This document shows, one piece after another, positions 37,697 through 46,098 of a stretch of 64,000 nt of DNA. This stretch comes from a virus. The notes beneath the pieces are model-generated. The model was not told the origin of the DNA and made no database searches. It worked only from the letters and a program-made list of their open reading frames with translations. The DNA lies in IMG/VR virus record IMGVR_UViG_3300025018_000101, positions 1-64,000 of that record. One strand, given 5' to 3'. The position numbers were made by a program, and so were the translations under genes. Numbering within the stretch: the first letter of the stretch is position 1; every line of letters starts with the position of its first letter.

Positions 37697-37786
37697 GAAG
37701 ACTCCGGGGTTGTGTCCCGCTTGCTCAGTGCCGGCGGGACGGGTAGAGTGGCAGGGTCGAGTCAGACGTCCACGACGGAGTACGCC

Positions 37787-38824
37787 ATGCCGATCATCGA
37801 CCACACCAGGGACCGCGGCGTCATGCTGCAGCCTATCTTGCAGCGACGTCCTGACCTTGTGTCAAGGATCAAGGTCGCTGCCGAGGCGCTGAGCCAGACC
37901 AAGCGCGGGGCGTACGCATGGCCCGAAGCAGGGCTGTTCCCCGTGGACACGCCGGAGAACACCGCGCTGTCGTACCTGTACGTCGGCATGCAGGCACGCG
38001 ACGTGCCCCGGGGGGTCCAGTACAAGGTGGCTTCGGCCGCGGTGGCTTGGGGCCTCGACATAGGCGCCCTGACGAGCGCCCTGACCGAGCGCCGGGACCT
38101 GACGAAAACGGCTGCGCCTCGCGTCGACCCAGACGACTACGCGCTGCCGGCCGAGCGCCGCCTGCGCATCAAGACGGCCGACGAGGTCCAGGCTGCGCAG
38201 GCTGCGCTGGCTCGGTACTCGAGGGACCTCGGCATGATCAAGACGGCCTCGGCAGCGGTGCGGATCGTCAACCGCGCCAGGGCCATTGGCATGAGAGAGA
38301 GTGACCTCTCCCCGGCCACGAAGACCTACGCGGGCCTCGTGGCCTGCGACCTGTACAAGCTGGCCGACGCTCTCACGGCCAGGGCCGTTGCGGCGCCGAC
38401 TCCATCGTCGCGCAGCGCCTACCATGACGCGTCGACCGCTGCCCACGCCCTGGGGCGGACGGCGCGCCTGTCCACGGATCGCGCGACCCTGTCGAAGATC
38501 GCGTCTCACATCGACGCTATCGACCAGGCCTCAGGCGTCCGGAGGAAGCACCCGGGTCTGCCGGACCCGCTGATGGCCGTGTTCAACACGTCGAAGGTGG
38601 CCGGGGGGACCATCGACCTGGCGGGCGTCCAGGCAGACGTCAACAAGCTCTCGGCGCTGGACGCGGGTACCTTCGAGGACGTGCTCGGTCCCGAGTTCGT
38701 GGCCGAGATCACCGACGCCTCGGGCGCCGTCGACCCGCAGCTCATCGCCACGGTCATCCCCACCCTGCCCCTCGACATGAAGCGCGCGCTCGGGGCTGCG
38801 CTCAAGAGCGTGGTGGGGGTGTGA
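37787..38824 (+). CDS. putative head-assembly/scaffold-like protein rich in K-[TVIL]-A sites
   Basis: GGAG RBS; duplicated YAWPEAGLFPVDT / YALPAERRLRIKT domain; eight K-[TVIL]-A motifs. Confidence 0.6.
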   Translation: MPIIDHTRDRGVMLQPILQRRPDLVSRIKVAAEALSQTKRGAYAWPEAGLFPVDTPENTALSYLYVGMQARDVPRGVQYKVASAAVAWGLDIGALTSALTERRDLTKTAAPRVDPDDYALPAERRLRIKTADEVQAAQAALARYSRDLGMIKTASAAVRIVNRARAIGMRESDLSPATKTYAGLVACDLYKLADALTARAVAAPTPSSRSAYHDASTAAHALGRTARLSTDRATLSKIASHIDAIDQASGVRRKHPGLPDPLMAVFNTSKVAGGTIDLAGVQADVNKLSALDAGTFEDVLGPEFVAEITDASGAVDPQLIATVIPTLPLDMKRALGAALKSVVGV

Positions 38825-38825
38825 C

Positions 38826-39539
38826 GTGCCCTTGACCGGCCTGCGAATCCCCGAGGTGTCCACCGGCCGCGCCGTGCTGATGCTCGGCCGCAAGGACACC
38901 GTCGCCCTGCTGGCCTACCGAGCGGCCTGCGCGCTGGCTGGCCAGGACGTGGCGGACTTCGACCCCGAGGCGTTCCGCATGGTCGCCACGGAGACGTACG
39001 GCGCGACCCTGGACGAGGACGTACTCGACCGCGTCGAGGCCGTCTCGACGCTGATCGTCAACCCGGCGGCCTTCCTCGACGACGCGCACACCTTCGAGAG
39101 CATCGTCCTGGCTTTGTGCGGCGAGCCCGTCAACACCAACGTCATGCAGGAGCCTGAGATCTGCTGCCTGTGTTGGGGAGTTCGGCACGGCCTGGAGCTC
39201 GTCCAGCACTTTCATCCGGCGTCGAGAGAGCTCGACGCGTACGGTGCGTTCGGCCGCGAGGTCCGGATGTACATCGCTGCCCTCCTGCACCTGGGGGGCT
39301 ACGTCGTGTGCCCCAACAGCCTGGAGTTCGCCCAGGCGGCGCTCGACATGGAGCACTACGCCCCGAGTCTGTCCGCGCGAGTGCAGTCCATGTGGGACAA
39401 TCTCGACAAGGACAATCTCGAGGACGTGACGTACGAGGACACCGCCGAGGGAGTGCAGCTCAGTCGCCTGGCGACGTGCTACCTCTACGACCTCGAGCAG
39501 CAGAAGAAGCTGACCGAGCAGGTCCTCGCCATCCTGTGA
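38826..39539 (+). CDS. hypothetical protein
   Basis: Coupled ORF with typical codon bias. Confidence 0.7.
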   Translation: MPLTGLRIPEVSTGRAVLMLGRKDTVALLAYRAACALAGQDVADFDPEAFRMVATETYGATLDEDVLDRVEAVSTLIVNPAAFLDDAHTFESIVLALCGEPVNTNVMQEPEICCLCWGVRHGLELVQHFHPASRELDAYGAFGREVRMYIAALLHLGGYVVCPNSLEFAQAALDMEHYAPSLSARVQSMWDNLDKDNLEDVTYEDTAEGVQLSRLATCYLYDLEQQKKLTEQVLAIL

Positions 39540-39545
39540 GACCTC

Positions 39546-40142
39546 ATGCCCTACATCCTCTACCTGGCCACTGACGTGGCCGAGCTCGAGCTGGTCTACC
39601 GCGACCGGCTGGCGTCTGTACTGCAGGCGTCCGTCGCCCTCGAGGAGATCCCGGATCTGGCCCTGCTGTCCCTGGCGGGCCCCGACGGGGTCACGCTCGT
39701 CGACTGGAGGCGGGACGTCGTCACGCCGAAGGTATGGCTCGTCGGCCCTGAGCTCGCCGAGCTTGAGGCGCTTCGCCACGCGCACCTGCTGCGCGAGCAG
39801 CACGCTGAGGCCCTGTCGATGCGATGGGCTACCGGGTCGACCCCGCGAGAGGCGGAACAGTCGCCCGAGGAGGCGCTCATCCGAACCTTCACGCGGATGG
39901 ACGCCCACGACCGCATCCGCCACGTGTACAAGACGGCGAGGCCGTCGGGTCGGGCCCTGACGCGCATCCAGCGCATCCGCGACTACGCCTCGGAGCTCAG
40001 TCACGTCATCAACGCGTCGATGCCCGACTGCGCGGACAAGAGCCGCGCCCTGGGACAGATCGAGGCCGCGGTAGCCACGGCCGTCATCGGCCTCTGGCAG
40101 GCGCAGGACAAGCTCGTCCCGCGGGAGGGGGAGGGGGCATGA
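39546..40142 (+). CDS. hypothetical protein with C-terminal Acb2/Tad1-like helical hairpin
   Basis: IRDYASELSHVINASMPDCADKSRALGQIEAAV resembles the IR..A..I...P.SRE.SLA.TKLEEA pattern. Confidence 0.5.
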   Translation: MPYILYLATDVAELELVYRDRLASVLQASVALEEIPDLALLSLAGPDGVTLVDWRRDVVTPKVWLVGPELAELEALRHAHLLREQHAEALSMRWATGSTPREAEQSPEEALIRTFTRMDAHDRIRHVYKTARPSGRALTRIQRIRDYASELSHVINASMPDCADKSRALGQIEAAVATAVIGLWQAQDKLVPREGEGA

Positions 40143-40594
40143 CGGCCACGCGTCGACTGGCGCCGAAGTACCTGCTTGAGGCGCTCCGAGAGTTACTCGA
40201 GACGCCCACCGACAAGCGTGCGCAGGAAGCCCTGGACCTGGTCATCGAGTACCAGGACCCTATCGCAACCGCATACGTGGTGCAGCACCTGATGGCGGCC
40301 GGGTTCAGGGTCGCCATCATTGCGGAGTCGCAGGCGGCCTTGGAGGCGCGCCTCGTCCGTGCACTCGACCTCCACTCCCGCGTCGGGGCCGAGATTCAGC
40401 AGCGGTTGCTCAACCCGCCCTACGTCTGGCGCCCGGACGCGCCGGCCAGCCCGGAACGTGTCGACGTCCCTCCCCTGAGGGGGCGGTACACGGACGACAC
40501 GCCCGTGGTGTCCGAGGAGTTCGCCCGCCTGTACGGCGGGACGCCGCCGGGGCGCAGCTCAGTCCCCGACGCAGAGGAGTGCCCCGACCCCTGA
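40139..40594 (+). CDS. hypothetical protein
   Basis: GGAGG RBS; ATGA overlap. Confidence 0.65.
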   Translation: MTATRRLAPKYLLEALRELLETPTDKRAQEALDLVIEYQDPIATAYVVQHLMAAGFRVAIIAESQAALEARLVRALDLHSRVGAEIQQRLLNPPYVWRPDAPASPERVDVPPLRGRYTDDTPVVSEEFARLYGGTPPGRSSVPDAEECPDP

Positions 40595-40831
40595 AGCGCG
40601 CCGCGTGCGGGCGTCTAAAGGCGTGACCGCGCCGAGCGACTCCCGCGCGGCAGCCAGGCCGCTGCCAGGGTCTGCCCAGCGCAGTCGGCGGACCGGTGCG
40701 TTGGGGCGACCGAGCCTCTCGTTCGCACTTTCACGTTCACCCACCCCCTCCGCCCTCCGCCCGGACTGGCGGGGGAGACTAAACGCCGGCCCCGCTGGCA
40801 CACCGCTCCCTACGGGGTGCAGGAGAGACTT

Positions 40832-41068
40832 ATGGCCCGAACTGAGTGGTTTGCGTTTTGCGCCTGGGGCGCGGGGTCAGTCCCCACCCCCAGGGTCGTC
40901 ACGTCCGTGGCTGAGGCGGACAGCGCTGCGAGCCGGTGGCGTGATTCGTGCGCCAGCAAGCGCGGTGCCCCCGCTGCGGCCGACGTGCGCCTGCTGGGGC
41001 CTTTCGCGACCCGACGAGAGGCCCGCGAGGCGGACATCAGCGGTGGCCCTGTCGTCAAGACGATCTGA
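40832..41068 (+). CDS. small hypothetical protein
   Basis: AGGAG RBS before ATG 40832. Confidence 0.6.
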   Translation: MARTEWFAFCAWGAGSVPTPRVVTSVAEADSAASRWRDSCASKRGAPAAADVRLLGPFATRREAREADISGGPVVKTI

Positions 41069-41073
41069 CGCCT

Positions 41074-41150
41074 ACCCCGCGCGACCCGCTCATGCTGGCG
41101 CGCGAGGGTTCTTCCCCGCAACTGCCCCGTCACGGGGCACACGACAAGGA
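41074..41150 (+). repeat. structured intergenic repeat, divergent copy
   Basis: ACCCCGCGC.ACCC...GGCGCGCGAGGG...GCCCCGTCACGGGGC...AAGGA. Confidence 0.55.
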
Positions 41151-41157
41151 CAGCAAC

Positions 41158-41682
41158 ATGGACAGCAACAGGGACATCGGCATCAACCGCCGCGTTAACA
41201 AGGCCCTGTGGGCCTTGTGGCACTCCCCCGACGACGCCAGCGCCATGGGCCTGGCCGCGGCGGAGGTCGCATCGCTGCGCGATGCGAACGTGCTCGAACT
41301 GCCGGGGGCTAGCTCCCGGCAGCGCGCCATCAAGCGCGCTATCGGAGCGATCGAGCGTGCCGTCGGGCACGCAAGGTCGCAGACGCCCCACACCTGGCAG
41401 GTCACGTCCCTGGAGGAGGGCGCGATCATCTCGGAGGGCTGGGCGGCGACCCAGCCATCCGCCAGGTTCGTGAGCCAGGCTTTGGGGGGATGGGCCCCCC
41501 GGCTCGACTGGAAGAGCTGGACCCTGTGCCACCCCAGGTGGATGGTGCTGGGGGCTCACCTGACGCCGGACCCCAGCGGCCCGGGGCGCTGGTCGTCCTT
41601 CAACGAGCACGTCCACGGCATGGGGATCGTGTCCGGGGAGGCCCTGGTCGAGGTCGACCCTGGGACCGACCCGCGCCGCTAA
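41158..41682 (+). CDS. hypothetical protein
   Basis: AAGGA RBS before ATG 41158. Confidence 0.6.
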   Translation: MDSNRDIGINRRVNKALWALWHSPDDASAMGLAAAEVASLRDANVLELPGASSRQRAIKRAIGAIERAVGHARSQTPHTWQVTSLEEGAIISEGWAATQPSARFVSQALGGWAPRLDWKSWTLCHPRWMVLGAHLTPDPSGPGRWSSFNEHVHGMGIVSGEALVEVDPGTDPRR

Positions 41683-41691
41683 ATGCGTGCC

Positions 41692-41769
41692 ACCCCGCGC
41701 CACCCATCGAGGAGGGCGCGCGGGGAATCACGCCCGAGAGGGCAAGCGCCCCCCGTGGGGGCAAAGGAG
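41692..41769 (+). repeat. structured intergenic repeat, copy 1
   Basis: CCCATCGAGGAGGGCGCGCGGGGAATCACGCCCGAGAGGGCAAGCGCCCCCCGTGGGGGCAAAGGAG. Confidence 0.85.
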
Positions 41770-41774
41770 TGACC

Positions 41775-41927
41775 GTGACTGTGACCGTGACCGCCGCAGA
41801 CCTCGAGGGCGCCGACCTCTACGGCGCCAACCTCTCCGACGCCATCCTCGAGGGCGCCAACCTCGCCGTCGCCAACCTCACCGGCGCCAACCTCCGCGGC
41901 GCCAACCTGTTCGGCGCCGACCGTTGA
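41775..41927 (+). CDS. miniature pentapeptide-repeat protein (about 50 aa)
   Basis: Eight A[DN]Lxx units (ADLEG ADLYG ANLSD AILEG ANLAV ANLTG ANLRG ANLFG); AGGAG RBS. Confidence 0.7.
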   Translation: MTVTVTAADLEGADLYGANLSDAILEGANLAVANLTGANLRGANLFGADR

Positions 41928-41933
41928 CCCCCT

Positions 41934-42012
41934 CCCCTCGCGTAGCCCATCGAAGAGGGCGCGCGGGGATAACGCCCCCACGGGGGCAAGCGCCCCCACG
42001 GGGGCACAGGAG
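41934..42012 (+). repeat. structured intergenic repeat, copy 2
   Basis: CCCATCGAAGAGGGCGCGCGGGGATAACGCCCCCACGGGGGCAAGCGCCCCCACGGGGGCACAGGAG. Confidence 0.85.
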
Positions 42013-42018
42013 CCGATC

Positions 42019-42840
42019 ATGACCGCCACCGCCACCGCCACCGCCACCGCCACCGCCACCGCCACCGCCACCGCCACCGCCCCCACGTTCAGCCGGCGGG
42101 GCGTGACGTGGGACGACGTCCGCTTCCTCCACCGCCACGGGTGGCTGCGCCACCAGCCTTCGGCCGCCTTGGCCGCCCGCGCCGCCGAGGCGGACGGCGC
42201 CATCCGCGACACCGACGACATCGTCGTCGGCCTGGCCAACTACCGCGCCTTCCGCGCGGCCACGGACGCCGTCGCCGAGATCGGTGGCCTGGACCTCGGG
42301 GGCGGGTTCATGGAGGCCAGGCATTGGCTCCGCCTGGCACGCGTCCTCCGCGGGCGCCGCGACGCCAACGAGGCGTGGGGCTCCCCCGGGGGCCGGGCCC
42401 TGTACGGCGACGTGGCGAACGCCGTGCACGCGCTTTTGGAGATGACGCCGTGGGGGCCCCACGGCGCCTCCTTCCGCGGCACGTGCTCCGCGCCGGGTTC
42501 CGGGCGGGCGTCGCTCCGGGTCGAGGTGCAGGGGCGCCTCGTGCTCAGCAGCACCCCCAACATCCTCTACGTCGCGGACGAGGCGGCGGAGGACGCGAGG
42601 TACCGGGCCACGCGCCTCGAGAGGCGTCAGGGTGCCCTGCGGTACGAGGACGCCCTCGGGCGCCTCGCCCGCGGGCTGAAGCACGCCCGGCTGACAGAGC
42701 CAGGGTCCTTCGTCGGGTGGGGCTACCGCGTGGGCCAGGAGGGCGGGTGGTTCTACCGGACCCAGGAGCACCGCTGGGTCAGCGTCTCCGCCCGCGGGGC
42801 CTTTCGGCGGGCGGGCATACCCTGGCCCGAGGGGTGGTAG
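42019..42840 (+). CDS. hypothetical protein with N-terminal (TA)10 tract
   Basis: AGGAG RBS; ORF track. Confidence 0.7.
   Translation: MTATATATATATATATATATAPTFSRRGVTWDDVRFLHRHGWLRHQPSAALAARAAEADGAIRDTDDIVVGLANYRAFRAATDAVAEIGGLDLGGGFMEARHWLRLARVLRGRRDANEAWGSPGGRALYGDVANAVHALLEMTPWGPHGASFRGTCSAPGSGRASLRVEVQGRLVLSSTPNILYVADEAAEDARYRATRLERRQGALRYEDALGRLARGLKHARLTEPGSFVGWGYRVGQEGGWFYRTQEHRWVSVSARGAFRRAGIPWPEGW
42022..42081 (+). repeat. perfect (ACCGCC)10 microsatellite
   Basis: Directly visible. Confidence 0.95.
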
Positions 42841-42852
42841 CCCCCGCCAGAC

Positions 42853-42928
42853 CTAAAGAAGGCCCCCGTGACGGGGGCCGGCCTGAGACGCCTCTGCGGG
42901 GCTGAGCCCCGCAGGGGCCTCTCTTTAG
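42853..42928. terminator. pair of oppositely oriented intrinsic terminators at a convergent junction
   Basis: Minus strand: CTAAAGAA-GGCCCCCGTGACGGGGGCC. Plus strand: GCCTCTGCGGGGCT GAGCCCCGCAGGGGC-CTCTCTTTAG. Confidence 0.8.
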
Positions 42929-42929
42929 C

Positions 42930-43871
42930 TCACGCCGGGGTGCAGCCGTGCAGCGCCAGCGAGGCTGCTTCCGCAGCCGCCTGGCCGCTGCCGTGGGGGT
43001 CGAAGACGACGACCCGTCGAGCGGAGCGCAATCGGTTGCACGCTCCGCAGGTGTTGCAGGACAGCCCGATGGTCTGGGCAGGGCACGCCAGCGCCGTGAC
43101 GCCCTCGGGCAGCAGTTCGGTCAGGGCCTCGAGCTGGTCGTGGGGCCACACGACGGCGCCGCCAGAGTCCAGCAGGTCGGAGTAGTTCACCACGATGCCC
43201 GCAGCCTCAAGGCGCGGCCGCCACGGCTCGAACTCGGCCACCTCGACATGCGTATAGGTCCAGGCCCATGCACCGGCCACGCGCCGTGTGCGGATGGGGG
43301 ACGGGTCAGCACCCGTCAGGAGGCCGAGGTGCTCGAGCCCTCGGAGGTAGACGGTGTCGAGCTCGCCGTCTCGGTAGAAGTCCCCAGAGGTGTGCAAGCG
43401 CACCAGAGACCGGGCCTTGCGCGCCATGAAGACGCCGACGACGACGGACGCCAGGGACGCGGCGACGGATTCTGTCGCCCTGACGCTGTGCATCCGGACG
43501 TTGCCGCCCGAAGCGTAGCAGCCCTTGAGGTAGGGGCAGGCGGGGCAGGTCGCCCCTACGGGCCGGTACGTGGATGGGCCGGCGACCTTGCCGTTCCCGG
43601 TCCCGACCGGATTCGCGGTCTCGCCGGCGAAGAGCCGGATGCCCCCGCGGAGCGTCGTTGCGCTCCCTCGGGCGGCGATGGTCTTGTCCATCAGGGCGTA
43701 GAGCCCGGTGGTCCACGCTCTCTCGAGCGGGCCCCAGGACGCCCAGGTGGGTCGCAGCGCGGGCAGGGCCAGCATGGCCTCCCCCATCATCTGCGTGAAG
43801 GCACCCGCGTCTCCGCGGGGCAGGAACTTCAGTTCAGGGCATCCCAGGTCGGGGTGCCCATCTTCGATCAT
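42930..43871 (-). CDS. Gp88-like Cys-rich (Fe-S/radical-SAM-like) phage protein
   Basis: GNGKV, TCPACPYLKGCYA, VRLHTSGDFY, WTYTH, CPAQ...CNTCGAC and VVFDPHG motifs. Confidence 0.7.
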   Translation of the reverse strand: MIEDGHPDLGCPELKFLPRGDAGAFTQMMGEAMLALPALRPTWASWGPLERAWTTGLYALMDKTIAARGSATTLRGGIRLFAGETANPVGTGNGKVAGPSTYRPVGATCPACPYLKGCYASGGNVRMHSVRATESVAASLASVVVGVFMARKARSLVRLHTSGDFYRDGELDTVYLRGLEHLGLLTGADPSPIRTRRVAGAWAWTYTHVEVAEFEPWRPRLEAAGIVVNYSDLLDSGGAVVWPHDQLEALTELLPEGVTALACPAQTIGLSCNTCGACNRLRSARRVVVFDPHGSGQAAAEAASLALHGCTPA

Positions 43872-43923
43872 ACGGACCTCCATGGGGCGCGTCCACCGCA
43901 GCATGCGACGGACGAGGCTTCGG

Positions 43924-43952
43924 CTTATACCCGCGTTCCTCGCAGCGGATTG
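43924..43952 (-). promoter_or_regulatory. putative phage promoter CAA-N18-GGTATAAG
   Basis: Same motif as at 60.7, 61.3, 62.0 and 62.4 kb; lies just upstream of a minus-strand gene. Confidence 0.55.
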
Positions 43953-44011
43953 CCGCCAGGACGCGCTTGCGTGTATGCTCCGGTAGCGACGCAGGGGTCG
44001 AGGAGGTGTTG

Positions 44012-45673
44012 ATGCGAGGTCAGGTGCCCACCGAAAAGGGGCGAGCGCGGCAGGTCAGGCTCACGCACGCGCAGTTCGCCCAGCGGGTCTACAAGCTCGG
44101 TGCAGGCCCCTACTCGCTCAAGGACTACCCCTTCGTCGCGGACGTCCTGAACCGGCGGGCCCAGCAGCTCGTGCTGCTCACGGCGCGCCAGATCAGCAAG
44201 TCGACCATCCTGGCCATCCTGGCGTTGAACGAGCTCATCTCGCGACCGTACTGGGGCGTCCTCTACCTCAGCCCGTCGAAGGCGCAGACCACGGTGTGGT
44301 CCGCGATGCGTCTCGGCAGGCTCGTGCGCCAGAGTCCGTACGTTCGGGACAACTTCACGGCCCCCGCGCTGGCCCAGGGCATCTGGCGCAAGGAGTTCAC
44401 GAACGAGTCCTACGTCATCTCGACCTACGCCTCGGACGACGGCGACCGAGCCCGAGGTAACTCCGCCGACCGCGTCAATTACGACGAGGCGCAGGACATC
44501 GTCCTCGACGAGGTCGAGCCCGTTGTCTCCGAGGCCGTGGCCAACTCCGAGTATGGCTACCTGACGTACTCAGGCACCCCGAAGACCCGCGACAACGCCA
44601 TCCAGGGCCTGTACGAGTCGAGCACCCAGCGCGAGTGGGTGATGAAGTGCCCGGCCTGCGGCTCCTGGCAGTTCATCACGCGCGCCGAGTCCATCGACCT
44701 CCAAGGCCTGAGGTGCCTCAAGAGGGGGTGCCGTGGACTGCTCAACCCCCGCGAGGGCCACTGGCACCCGATGAACCTCCGGGACCGGTCCCACGGCGAC
44801 ACGTCCTTGCAGCCCGAGGGCTACCACGTCCCGCAGGTCATCCTGCCCCGCAACCTGGAGAACCCGACGCGGTGGGCGCGTATCCTCCACAAGAAGTCCA
44901 CCTTCGGCGACGCGGAGCTCAGCAACGAGGTCCTCGGCGTGAGCGTGGCGCTCGGCGCCCGCATGTTGAGCGAGGATGACCTGCGAGCGCGCTGTCGCGC
45001 CTACGTGTGCAGCGAGCCGCCAGACCCGAGCATCTTCGAGGACATCATCACGGACATCCGCGGCCGACGCGAGGTCTACGCAGGTATCGATTGGAGCGGA
45101 GAGGGCAACGCTGGTCGCAGCACGACGTGCCTGTGGGTCTGGGGCGTGCTGCCCAACAACAAGCTCAAGACGCTGTTCTTCAGGCTCTATCCGCCCGGCA
45201 ACCCCATTGAGGCGGTCGACGACATCGCGCGCGTCTGCATGCTCTTCCAGGTCAAGCTCGTCGGGGCGGACGCGGGCAACGGCGGCGTCGCCAACCCCCT
45301 GCTCGCGCGCAAGATCGGCAGGGGGCGGGTCCTGCAGTTCCAGTACGGGTCCTTCAAGGAGCAGGTCCAGAAGGGCCCCGACCGGTTCTACGTCGACAGG
45401 ACCACGGCGATCGACAGCATGATGCTGCAGCTCTCCCTGCCACTGGTGTACTTCCCCACCGAGCAGCAGAGCGAGCAGTTCTTCCGGCATGTGCTGGCGC
45501 TGTACGAGATGGTCACGCAGAATGGAAACGGCCGTCGCATCTGGAACAAGCCCATCGACCGCCTCGACGACTACTTCCACGCCATGGTCTTCGGCTGGCT
45601 CGGGACTCGGGCAGGCCGTGGCGAGTTCGCTTTCTACGACACGGGCAAGGACGACGAGGACGTCGTCCAGTAG
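44012..45673 (+). CDS. terL: terminase large subunit (GpA-like)
   Basis: ARQISKST Walker A, NYDEAQD Walker B, SGTPKT coupling motif, CPACG/CLKRGC Zn site, AGIDWSG and DDYFHA nuclease motifs. Confidence 0.88.
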   Translation: MRGQVPTEKGRARQVRLTHAQFAQRVYKLGAGPYSLKDYPFVADVLNRRAQQLVLLTARQISKSTILAILALNELISRPYWGVLYLSPSKAQTTVWSAMRLGRLVRQSPYVRDNFTAPALAQGIWRKEFTNESYVISTYASDDGDRARGNSADRVNYDEAQDIVLDEVEPVVSEAVANSEYGYLTYSGTPKTRDNAIQGLYESSTQREWVMKCPACGSWQFITRAESIDLQGLRCLKRGCRGLLNPREGHWHPMNLRDRSHGDTSLQPEGYHVPQVILPRNLENPTRWARILHKKSTFGDAELSNEVLGVSVALGARMLSEDDLRARCRAYVCSEPPDPSIFEDIITDIRGRREVYAGIDWSGEGNAGRSTTCLWVWGVLPNNKLKTLFFRLYPPGNPIEAVDDIARVCMLFQVKLVGADAGNGGVANPLLARKIGRGRVLQFQYGSFKEQVQKGPDRFYVDRTTAIDSMMLQLSLPLVYFPTEQQSEQFFRHVLALYEMVTQNGNGRRIWNKPIDRLDDYFHAMVFGWLGTRAGRGEFAFYDTGKDDEDVVQ

Positions 45674-45693
45674 CCTACGCACGGAGACACCTC

Positions 45694-46029
45694 ATGCCCA
45701 TGCACTTCCAGAAGGTCTTCACCCAGGCGTCCGCCGCATTCACGGACACGACTCCTGACGGCGTCTTCACACTCACGCAGGCCACCGTCGGGAGGGCTCT
45801 CGACGACCAGTACAGCAAGCACCAGGTGCAACTGCAGGGCACGTCTGGCGACACCTTCGTCGTCGACATCCAGGTGTTCGGTGACACCGCTTGGAGGACC
45901 TACAACTCCGCCGCGCTGGCCGAGGATACGGTGGTCCTCATCGATGAGGTCGTCGTCACAGCGATCCGCGTGACGGTCTCGACGATCAACGCCACCACGC
46001 AGCTCCTGCTGGTGTCGAGGGCCAGCTAA
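45694..46029 (+). CDS. small beta-rich hypothetical protein
   Basis: GGAG RBS; follows the terminase gene. Confidence 0.65.
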   Translation: MPMHFQKVFTQASAAFTDTTPDGVFTLTQATVGRALDDQYSKHQVQLQGTSGDTFVVDIQVFGDTAWRTYNSAALAEDTVVLIDEVVVTAIRVTVSTINATTQLLLVSRAS

Positions 46030-46093
46030 AAATACCCCCCGGAGACGCAGAGCAACGACCTGTCAGCCATGACGGTCTGGCGCTCCGGGGGGC
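46026..46093 (-). terminator. putative terminator (stem + TTTTTAG) at a convergent junction
   Basis: CTAAAAATA-CCCCCCGGAG...CTCCGGGGGG. Confidence 0.6.
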
Positions 46094-46098
46094 ATGCG

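Noticed and set aside
36191-37786. N-terminal 530 aa of the 877-aa ORF 36191..38824
   Set aside because: Antisense shadow of the minus-strand gene 36197..37696; the real gene most likely starts at ATG 37787, which has an RBS.
40829-40836. CTTATGGC as another GGYATAAG promoter
   Set aside because: It mismatches the consensus and is explained by the ATG start of the plus-strand gene at 40832 with its RBS.
41074-42012. CRISPR array
   Set aside because: Only 2-3 repeats of about 75 nt, separated by whole genes of unequal length; no cas genes seen.
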